Below are positions 1-7,783 of a stretch of DNA of 15,792 nucleotides, in pieces. This stretch comes from Opitutales bacterium. Lineage in GTDB: Bacteria > Verrucomicrobiota > Verrucomicrobiia > Opitutales > UBA2987. The notes beneath the pieces were generated by a model. The model was not told the DNA's origin. It ran no database searches and was given only the letters and a program-made list of their open reading frames with translations. The translations under genes and the position numbers were made by a program. The first letter of the stretch is position 1. Each line of letters begins with the position of its first letter. The DNA lies in NCBI GenBank assembly GCA_965226885.1, contig CBDDEL010000005.1:1-15792 (forward strand), in the 5' to 3' direction.

Positions 1-21
1 TTTTTTTACGATATATCCGGG
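1..21 (-). mobile_element. Terminal fragment (transposase-start end, IRL) of a third IS1380-family copy that extends out of the window
   Basis: tttttttacgatatatccggg matches the ends of the full copies (...ttacgaaatatccggg ending 3066 and 5894) with one mismatch; followed by CTAG (22-25). Confidence 0.85.
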
Positions 22-97
22 CTAGAGCGAATGGTCTAATCATTATAAGGAGAGCTACAGCAAACTCGCATCCAGTTCGAATGACCTACCGAAATTT

Positions 98-899
98 GGT
101 AGTGTATAAAAAAAGAATGTTATTTTGTATTTTTAGCTGTACAAATAGCGTTAGGCAGTTTATTCTTAGTGCATGGTTACTAAAATTATTAATTGTCGGC
201 ACTGTGGAAGTGAAAATATCATTAAATTTGGCAAGACGCCCAACCATAAACAGCGCTACCGCTGCCATGATTGTGGTAAACAAAGCCGCGAAAACCCCAC
301 AGTGAAATACACCGAAGAGCAAAAAGAAATGATCCTTCGAGTCTATCAGGAACGCAGCAGTCTACGCGGTTTACAGCGCGCCTTCGGGGTGAGTCCCAAC
401 ACCGTTTTGAGTTGGTTAAAAAAAACGACAATCGCTGCGACCGCTCAAAAGCACGATTCTTGCGGCCCGCCGCCATGATGTCATTGAACTGGACGAACTG
501 TGGTCTTTTGTGGGGCGCAAGAGCGATGCCCAATGGGTTTGGATCGCTCTTTGCCGACGCACCCGTCAAATCCTCTCCTATGCCATTGGGCCTCGGGATT
601 GGTATCGTTGCCGGGAACTTTACGAGCGTCTGCCACGGGCCTACAAAAGATGTGCCACCTACAGCGACTTTTGGAGCACTTATGATGAAGTCTTTCCTCA
701 TAACCGATCCGTGGGAAAAGAAACCGGTGAAACGGCCCATGTGGAACGATGGAACAATACCCTGCGCCAACGACTGGGTCGTTTCACACGCAAAACCCTC
801 TCCTTTTCCAAGCTTAAGAGTATGCATGAAACCTGTCTGAGACTTTTCATTCATCAATATAATCAAGAATTAGCCACCATTCCTACTTAATACACTACC
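98..899 (+). mobile_element. IS1-family element, copy A (802 bp)
   Basis: Terminal IRs ggtagtgtat (98-107) and atacactacc (890-899); 8-bp direct repeat cgaaattt at 90-97 and 900-907; InsA/InsB-like ORFs. Confidence 0.95.
173..890 (+). CDS. IS1-family transposase InsAB', two overlapping frames joined at an A8 run (418-425), ~238 aa fused
   Basis: Frame 1 has a Zn ribbon (CRHC...QRYRCHDC) and an HTH (SLRGLQRAFGVSPNTVLSWL). Frame 2 is open from 420 and has IELDELWSFVG, YSDFW and HVERWNNTLRQRLGRFTRKTLSFSK, the IS1 DDE motifs. Confidence 0.92.
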
Positions 900-970
900 C
901 GAAATTTCAACCTTTGTCCTGTATCGACACGAAGTTCCTTGTCAGCCATTCTTCATGCGTAATGTTAAAC

Positions 971-1496
971 ATGCAAATCTCAAAAATAATTGATAGATGG
1001 CGTAAAGAGCACCGATGCATGGCAATCACTGACTCTTCTGGAACTCAGTGCAAAAGAAATATCTATACTTTCTTTCGAAGAAGATACTGCTGGCAGCATA
1101 TGCCAAAGACAAGCTTAATTATTAGCGCAATTGTTAGCTTGTTGCTCAGTGAGTTATACCACTTTGCTGTTCCATCTTCCGAGAGCCAGCAGATTAGTGA
1201 TAGCGGCAATGAATTGAAGGAACATGTAGATGTGGCAGCTGAATTAGCTGCTGAGATCGAAAATCTGAATATCGTTTTTGCCTTCCAAAGCCAAGTTAAG
1301 GCGGACACAAACCATGAACCCATTTTGATTAGACTGACAAAGATATCCGGACCGCGTTACATTGCCTTTGAGGTTCTAGGAAATGCGATGGATGCCGCTA
1401 ATGCGAGCGGGAAACGATTTTGGGGTTTTTCGTTTCAGGCTCGATCAATCGACACTAATTCTCAAAATTCAAAAGGATGGAACGGCTACCATTTAG
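971..1496 (+). pseudogene. 5' part of an IS1380-interrupted gene: putative C3H Zn-binding motif plus one TM helix; continues at 5899
   Basis: ORF (ATG 962 or 971) with CMAITDSSGTQCKRNIYTFFRRRYCWQH, then hydrophobic SLIISAIVSLLLSELYHFAV. It runs into the IS at TTAG 1493-1496; the listed ending ARIFHEG is IS-derived. Confidence 0.8.
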
Positions 1497-3066
1497 CCCG
1501 GATATTTCATGAAGGGTAAAGTTTGGCTCGTTATTGCTATTGGAGATGGATTTCTTTGTATTTTGAGCAGATCGTCTTGATTTTTAGGTGTTTTTCAGGG
1601 TGTAGAGACACTGCCCCCTTTCCCCCATTGGTTCGGTAGTGCCGGGGGCAGCACCAATGCACCCTTTAGGTTGGCACCAATCGGCGGGCCGCATGGTTGA
1701 AAAGACTGGCCCAAGGATAACTCTCACTTAGGTGAAAGTGAATCGTTCGGGTGTTGCGCACGATGACCGCTCCGATCTTGATTAATTTGAGCCGCAGGGT
1801 GTGGCATTGGGCCCGCGCCCACCACTTCGTCCCTTTTAAGGCTAACCGGCGCATGGCTTCCATCAAGGTGTAGGCCAGCGCCGACAAGAGCAATCGCCAC
1901 TGATTGGCCCACCATTGATGGGCGCTGGTGCGCTCGCTGAACAATTGCATCTGTTCCTTGATTCGGTTCTCCATTTCACCGCGGCCACAGTATACCTTGT
2001 CGTAAAGCTCCTGGGGATCGCCCGGCAGGTTCGTCACCACGAAGCGCGGGTTGGACCCCTGTGCGGTGTGTTCGGCTTTATGGATGACCAACCGCAGCCA
2101 TCGCCACGAATCGGCAGCATAGACGAAGTCCTGGAATAACCGTTGTTTTTTACCCCTTAGTTCGAACCATTCTTTGGCCTGCTTTTGCAACTGCTGGGCG
2201 TCTTGCTGCAAGCGTGCATTGCGAGCCATCCCCACGATGTAACTAACTTCGTTGCGGTCGCACCAAGAGAGTATCCGGTCTCGACAAAATCCACTGTCGG
2301 CGCGCCAAATAATCCGCGTACGGGGCCAGCTTTGGCGAATCCGTTTAACCAGCAATTTGAGGATGGCCCCGGCATGCTTGCTGGCATCGATCTTGCTCGG
2401 CCGCAGGTAGGCCACCAGCAGCTGATCACCGCAAAAAACATATAGCGGCAGAAAACAGTAATGATCATAATAACCGTGGAAAAAACGTCCCTCCTGGAGC
2501 CCGTGCACCGGATTGTCGGTGGCGTCAAAGTCCAGGATGATCTCTTCGGGTTCCTCGGCAAAGGAGCCCATGAACTGTTCGACCAACAGCTCGTTTACCG
2601 CAAAGGCCGCCCGCCGATCCTGCCCGTTTTCAAAACGACACAAAGTCGGCGCGCTGGCCAACGTTTCAATGCGCCCCGTTACCGTTTGCAACAATGGATC
2701 GTGGCGCAGGGTATCAAAGTCGTTCAAATCCTCATAGCCCGCCACCAGCCCGTAAACGCGCTGCCGCAGCATCCCCAAGACCTCATGGCGTACTTTGCCC
2801 TTCTGCCGTTTGTCCACTAACTGTCGGGCCGCTCGTTCGGTCAAGCCCAACTGCCGATCCACTTCCCGGATCAAAAGCAGTCCGGCATCCGAAGTAACCT
2901 CTCCGCCCTTGAAATCAACCCGCACACGGCGGCCTTTTACCCTTGTCAACTGTAGCTTTAATTGTTTACCTTTTGTCATCGCTGATATTGCTTTAATTAT
3001 TGATCTATCCTGCTGTATATCAGCAGTTAAGCATATCAACGATACTTTTTTTACGAAATATCCGGG
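1497..3066 (-). mobile_element. IS1380-family element, copy 1 (1570 bp)
   Basis: Imperfect IRs cccggatatttcatgaa and ttacgaaatatccggg; single transposase; near-identical to 4311-5894. Confidence 0.95.
1666..2979 (-). CDS. IS1380-family DDE transposase (437 aa from ATG 2979)
   Basis: Motifs FKGGEVTSDAGLLL, GYEDLND, LDFDATDNPVHGLQEGRFFHGYYDHYCFLPLY, RADSGF, YCGRGEMENRIKE. Confidence 0.95.
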   Translation of the reverse strand: MTKGKQLKLQLTRVKGRRVRVDFKGGEVTSDAGLLLIREVDRQLGLTERAARQLVDKRQKGKVRHEVLGMLRQRVYGLVAGYEDLNDFDTLRHDPLLQTVTGRIETLASAPTLCRFENGQDRRAAFAVNELLVEQFMGSFAEEPEEIILDFDATDNPVHGLQEGRFFHGYYDHYCFLPLYVFCGDQLLVAYLRPSKIDASKHAGAILKLLVKRIRQSWPRTRIIWRADSGFCRDRILSWCDRNEVSYIVGMARNARLQQDAQQLQKQAKEWFELRGKKQRLFQDFVYAADSWRWLRLVIHKAEHTAQGSNPRFVVTNLPGDPQELYDKVYCGRGEMENRIKEQMQLFSERTSAHQWWANQWRLLLSALAYTLMEAMRRLALKGTKWWARAQCHTLRLKLIKIGAVIVRNTRTIHFHLSESYPWASLFNHAARRLVPT

Positions 3067-3092
3067 CTAAGAGCCACTCTTTCATATCTCTC

Positions 3093-3131
3093 CCAATACC
3101 AGCCCAATACCAATACCAGCCCAATACCAGC
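3093..3131. repeat. Short imperfect tandem repeat (ccaataccagc x3 plus a partial ccaata)
   Basis: ccaataccagc 3093-3103, ccaata 3104-3109, ccaataccagc 3110-3120, ccaataccagc 3121-3131. Confidence 0.9.
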
Positions 3132-3310
3132 GAAATTCGGAGCCTAGATACCGAAATATCCCACCTCCTTTTGGGTCCCCGTGTGGCGATATTCCCGAGT
3201 CGAAAAAGAGCCATACCTTACGTTCGTTGCTCCAGACAAATGGGTAAAGATCGAGATTGGTCCATATCCAGTCTCTGGGCCTGTAAAACCAGATATCACC
3301 TCCATTATCG

Positions 3311-4112
3311 GGTAGTGTATAAAAAAAGAATGTTATTTTGTATTTTTAGCTGTACAAATAGCGTTAGGCAGTTTATTCTTAGTGCATGGTTACTAAAATT
3401 ATTAATTGTCGGCACTGTGGAAGTGAAAATATCATTAAATTTGGCAAGACGCCCAACCATAAACAGCGCTACCGCTGCCATGATTGTGGTAAACAAAGCC
3501 GCGAAAACCCCACAGTGAAATACACCGAAGAGCAAAAAGAAATGATCCTTCGAGTCTATCAGGAACGCAGCAGTCTACGCGGTTTACAGCGCGCCTTCGG
3601 GGTGAGTCCCAACACTGTTTTGAGTTGGTTAAAAAAAACGACAATCGCTGCGACCGCTCAAAAGCACGATTCTTGCGGCCCGCCGCCATGATGTCATTGA
3701 ACTGGACGAACTGTGGTCTTTTGTGGGGCGCAAGAGCGATGCCCAATGGGTTTGGATCGCTCTTTGCCGACGCACCCGTCAAATCCTCTCCTATGCCATT
3801 GGGCCTCGGGATTGGTATCGTTGCCGGGAACTTTACGAGCGTCTGCCACGGGCCTACAAAAGATGTGCCACCTACAGCGACTTTTGGAGCACTTATGATG
3901 AAGTCTTTCCTCATAACCGATCCGTGGGAAAAGAAACCGGTGAAACGGCCCATGTGGAACGATGGAACAATACCCTGCGCCAACGACTGGGTCGTTTCAC
4001 ACGCAAAACCCTCTCCTTTTCCAAGCTTAAGAGTATGCATGAAACCTGTCTGAGACTTTTCATTCATCAATATAATCAAGAATTAGCCACCATTCCTACT
4101 TAATACACTACC
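3311..4112 (+). mobile_element. IS1-family element, copy B (802 bp)
   Basis: Same IRs as copy A (offset 3213); 8-bp direct repeat cattatcg at 3303-3310 and 4113-4120; one SNP seen versus copy A (acc/act). Confidence 0.95.
3386..4103 (+). CDS. IS1-family transposase InsAB' (frameshifted at A8, 3631-3638)
   Basis: Protein identical to copy A in both frames. Confidence 0.92.
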
Positions 4113-4310
4113 CATTATCGGAATCCGAATAAATCCAATCCAGTTCCACGTGAAAGCTCCAACCTGAGTCTCCGAATGGGTAGAGCCAACCAAGATTATC
4201 CACAAATCTCCAACCATCCTGATCCGGATAGTCGTCCCAAAAGACATCCGCCCTCAGGGAAGAGACCGGCAGGGAGGCAAGGAAAAGGCCAAGACCAAGA
4301 AAACAGCTAG

Positions 4311-5894
4311 CCCGGATATTTCATGAAGGGTAAAGTTTGGCTCGTTATTGCTATTGGAGATGGATTTCTTTGTATTTTGAGCAGATCGTCTTGATTTTTA
4401 GGTGTTTCTCAGGGTGTAGAGACACTGCCCCCTTTCCCCCATTGGTTCGGTAGTGCCGGGGGCAGCACCAATGCACCCTTTAGGTTGGCACCAATCGGCG
4501 GGCCGCATGGTTGAAAAGACTGGCCCAAGGATAACTCTCACTTAGGTGAAACTCTCACTTAGGTGAAAGTGAATCGTTCGGGTGTTGCGCACGATGACCG
4601 CTCCGATCTTGATTAATTTGAGCCGCAGGGTGTGGCATTGGGCCCGCGCCCACTTCGTCCCTTTTAAGGCTAACCGGCGCATGGCTTCCATCAAGGTGTA
4701 GGCCAGCGCCGACAAGAGCAATCGCCACTGATTGGCCCACCATTGATGGGCGCTGGTGCGCTCGCTGAACAATTGCATCTGTTCCTTGATTCGGTTCTCC
4801 ATTTCACCGCGGCCACAGTATACCTTGTCGTAAAGCTCCTGGGGATCGCCCGGCAGGTTCGTCACCACGAAGCGCGGGTTGGACCCCTGTGCGGTGTGTT
4901 CGGCTTTATGGATGACCAACCGCAGCCATCGCCACGAATCGGCAGCATAGACGAAGTCCTGGAATAACCGTTGTTTTTTACCCCTTAGTTCGAACCATTC
5001 TTTGGCCTGCTTTTGCAACTGCTGGGCGTCTTGCTGCAAGCGTGCATTGCGAGCCATCCCCACGATGTAACTAACTTCGTTGCGGTCGCACCAAGAGAGT
5101 ATCCGGTCTCGACAAAATCCACTGTCGGCGCGCCAAATAATCCGCGTACGGGGCCAGCTTTGGCGAATCCGTTTAACCAGCAATTTGAGGATGGCCCCGG
5201 CATGCTTGCTGGCATCGATCTTGCTCGGCCGCAGGTAGGCCACCAGCAGCTGATCACCGCAAAAAACATATAGCGGCAGAAAACAGTAATGATCATAATA
5301 ACCGTGGAAAAAACGTCCCTCCTGGAGCCCGTGCACCGGATTGTCGGTGGCGTCAAAGTCCAGGATGATCTCTTCGGGTTCCTCGGCAAAAGAGCCCATG
5401 AACTGTTCGACCAACAGCTCGTTTACCGCAAAGGCCGCCCGCCGATCCTGCCCGTTTTCAAAACGACACAAAGTCGGCGCGCTGGCCAACGTTTCAATGC
5501 GCCCCGTTACCGTTTGCAACAATGGATCGTGGCGCAGGGTATCAAAGTCGTTCAAATCCTCATAGCCCGCCACCAGCCCGTAAACGCGCTGCCGCAGCAT
5601 CCCCAATACCTCATGGCGTACTTTGCCCTTCTGCCGTTTGTCCACTAACTGTCGGGCCGCTCGTTCGGTCAAGCCCAACTGCCGATCCACTTCCCGGATC
5701 AAAAGCAGTCCGGCATCCGAAGTAACCTCTCCGCCCTTGAAATCAACCCGCACACGGCGGCCTTTTACCCTTGTCAACTGTAGCTTTAATTGTTTACCTT
5801 TTGTCATCGCTGATATTGCTTTAATTATTGATCTATCCTGCTGTATATCAGCAGTTAAGCATATCAACGATACTTTTTTTACGAAATATCCGGG
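4311..5894 (-). mobile_element. IS1380-family element, copy 2 (1584 bp)
   Basis: Same IRs as copy 1; differs by a 17-bp duplication, a 3-bp indel and three SNPs that I could see. Confidence 0.95.
4542..5807 (-). CDS. IS1380-family transposase, C-terminally truncated (421 aa)
   Basis: Matches copy 1 until HFHLSES, then FT-stop because actctcacttaggtgaa is duplicated (4534-4567). Confidence 0.9.
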   Translation of the reverse strand: MTKGKQLKLQLTRVKGRRVRVDFKGGEVTSDAGLLLIREVDRQLGLTERAARQLVDKRQKGKVRHEVLGMLRQRVYGLVAGYEDLNDFDTLRHDPLLQTVTGRIETLASAPTLCRFENGQDRRAAFAVNELLVEQFMGSFAEEPEEIILDFDATDNPVHGLQEGRFFHGYYDHYCFLPLYVFCGDQLLVAYLRPSKIDASKHAGAILKLLVKRIRQSWPRTRIIWRADSGFCRDRILSWCDRNEVSYIVGMARNARLQQDAQQLQKQAKEWFELRGKKQRLFQDFVYAADSWRWLRLVIHKAEHTAQGSNPRFVVTNLPGDPQELYDKVYCGRGEMENRIKEQMQLFSERTSAHQWWANQWRLLLSALAYTLMEAMRRLALKGTKWARAQCHTLRLKLIKIGAVIVRNTRTIHFHLSESFT

Positions 5895-6299
5895 TTAGTA
5901 ACCCATGATACGTCGCTCCTCGAATTGCCACTGCCACTATCTCTGAATGAGTCTCTGGTGAAGCCATTCTCAAGGATTCGAGATTTGAAGGGCAGTCATT
6001 TACAGGTATTCCTTCCAGCGAACTTGACAGAGGCTGTAATCCGAATTGACCTCATCGCCAACTCAAGCTTTGGATTTCAAAGACGCTTGCGTTTATTTTC
6101 GAGAACGGTTTCTAAGGCTGATTGGACTGAAATAGAAATCGACGTAAATGGGAATTTTGGTGGAGAGGAGAGAAAAGAAAAGATGTGGAGGCTGATTGAT
6201 GGAGAAGAATTTCACCCGGGGTTTGTTGATTTCGAGGATATTGCATGGGAATCACATGAAGCGTTGCTACCCGATGTCTTGCGTTTTCCATATCAGTGA
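5895..6299 (+). pseudogene. 3' part of the interrupted gene starting at 971
   Basis: After TTAG (5895-5898) the frame reads (L)VTHDTSLLELPLPLSLNES...RFPYQ-stop, in frame with ...GWNGYHL at 1495. Confidence 0.8.
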
Positions 6300-6492
6300 A
6301 CACTTGGTTTGATGTATACTGGAAAAAATGGCCGAGGTTTGGCTTTTGATTTGGGGGTAACTCACTATTAATTCGTTTTGAATGGCGTTATCTTGTTGAT
6401 GATTAAGGCGGGTTAATAGGAAATATTATTTTGTAATTTTTTGAAAATAAAGCTTGCGGTTTGTTTATTTATGTGTTCTGGTGTTCTCTATT

Positions 6493-6567
6493 ATGAAAAA
6501 CCGACTTAATCTCCGACTTTTGATGAAACCGCAGGTGTGGAGAGCGCTTTTGGGGCGTTTTTTTTAA
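6493..6567 (+). other. Possible 24-aa small ORF/leader (MKNRLNLRLLMKPQVWRALLGRFF) ending in a weak hairpin plus T-tract
   Basis: ATG 6493 to TAA 6567; agcgctt-ttg-gggcgtt followed by a T run; no SD seen. Confidence 0.25.
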
Positions 6568-6709
6568 CCACTTATTTGTGTCCGTGCGTGTAAATTGTGG
6601 TTGAAAAATGCGGGGTTGGGTGTCCTTGTTATTTTTAACATTGAGGGGCGCTGAAATCAGGATACTGAATTTTAATTTTCGGGCTTAGTTAGAGAGGAAT
6701 TTTATCAAC

Positions 6710-7777
6710 ATGAATGACGTAATTCGAATCGGACTGATCGGGGCGGGGGCTAATACCCGGTTGCGGCATATTCCGGGGTTTCAGGCGATTGATGGGGTGG
6801 AGGTGGCCGTGGTTTGCAACAGGTCCCGCGATTCTTCCCTGAGGGTGGCCAAGGAGTTTAATATTCCTCGCATCGCTAGAAATTGGGAGGAGGTTGTGGG
6901 CGACCATGAGGTGGATGCCGTCTGCATCGGCACGTGGCCTTATTTGCATGCCGAGGCGACCAACAAGGCGCTCGAATATGCCCAGCATGTGCTGACCGAG
7001 GCGCGTATGGCCCGTAATGTGGCCGAGGCCGAGTCCATGCTGCGGGCCTCGCGGAGCAAACCGGACCGGGTGGCTCAAATCGTGCCTTCTCCTTTTTCCC
7101 TGAAATACGACCTTACGGTGCGGGAGATTATCGACTCCGGCCAATTGGGGGAGCTGTATGAAATTGGTGTGGTCCATACGGGCGGCCAATTTGCTTTAAA
7201 GGAAACGCCCATGAGTTGGCGTCAGGATTTTGACCTGAGCGGATTTAATATCCTGACCATGGGAATTTTCCATGAAGCGGTGCAGCGTTGGATCGATGGC
7301 GAGCCGGAATGGGTGGTGGCAAGCGGGGCTGTGTTTACGCCTGATCGCTTCGCCCAGGAAGCTAGTGAGCAGGCAAAGGCCAGGGCCAGGGTAGGGATAC
7401 CGGAGAGTATTTCCATTTTGGGGCGGTACGGCACCGGTTTGCTTCTAAATTACCATTTCAGCGGAGTGGAATCGGGCAAACCGCGCATGGAGGCGCGTTT
7501 GAATGGTTCCAAAGGGTCGTTGCGGATCGATTTTCGGGAGGGCGTTCTCTATCAAGCCGAGGCGGGTAGCGCGGAGGAAAAACCGGTGGAAATATTGCCG
7601 GAAAAGAAACGCGACTGGCAGGTGGAAGCCGAGTTTATCGACAGCATCCGCAATGGGACTCCGGTAGCCCGAACCAGCTTTGAACAGGGAGTCCGCTATA
7701 TGAGGTTTACGGAAGCCGCCTATAATTCCTGGAAAAACGACTCCGTTCAAGTGGAGATCAACCAGGACTCTCCGTAG
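6710..7777 (+). CDS. Gfo/Idh/MocA-family NAD(P)-dependent oxidoreductase
   Basis: IRIGLIGAG Rossmann start, EVDAVCIGTWPYLH, HVLTEARMA (EKP-equivalent); SD-like agagagga upstream. Confidence 0.92.
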   Translation: MNDVIRIGLIGAGANTRLRHIPGFQAIDGVEVAVVCNRSRDSSLRVAKEFNIPRIARNWEEVVGDHEVDAVCIGTWPYLHAEATNKALEYAQHVLTEARMARNVAEAESMLRASRSKPDRVAQIVPSPFSLKYDLTVREIIDSGQLGELYEIGVVHTGGQFALKETPMSWRQDFDLSGFNILTMGIFHEAVQRWIDGEPEWVVASGAVFTPDRFAQEASEQAKARARVGIPESISILGRYGTGLLLNYHFSGVESGKPRMEARLNGSKGSLRIDFREGVLYQAEAGSAEEKPVEILPEKKRDWQVEAEFIDSIRNGTPVARTSFEQGVRYMRFTEAAYNSWKNDSVQVEINQDSP

Positions 7778-7783
7778 GGCCTT

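Larger units (their letters stand above)
3082..4310 (-). pseudogene. Trp-rich, probably secreted protein gene, interrupted by IS1 copy B and cut at its 5' end by IS1380 copy 2
   Basis: Removing IS1 and one TSD joins 4308-4121 to 3310-3082 as one 138-aa frame: SCFLGLGLFLASLPVSSLRA-DVFWDDYPDQDGWRFVDNLGWLYPFGDSGWSFHVELDWIYSDSDNGGDIWFYRPRDWIWTNLDLYPFVWSNERKVWLFF... Confidence 0.75.

Noticed and set aside
1611..1660. HDV-like ribozyme or G-quadruplex in the IS1380 3' region
   Set aside because: The topology is reminiscent, but the L3 consensus, P4 and the catalytic C are missing. Only three runs of 3 or more G are present.
3093..3131. CRISPR-like array
   Set aside because: Units are 11 bp, abutting, with no spacers and no cas genes.
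3152..3161. cgaaatatcc matching the IS1380 end (also gatatccgg at 1342-1350) as an ISEcp1-type alternative end
   Set aside because: Short matches without the complete terminus or a TSD; compatible with chance.
98..5894. Simple tandem duplication of an IS1+IS1380 unit
   Set aside because: The spacers differ entirely and the IS1 copies have different TSDs, so they are independent insertions.
81..5898. Antisense and alternate-frame ORFs in the IS copies (e.g. 222..866, 412..840, 2157..2561, 3000..3518)
   Set aside because: They are shadows of transposase genes or chimeras across IS junctions and have no recognisable motifs.
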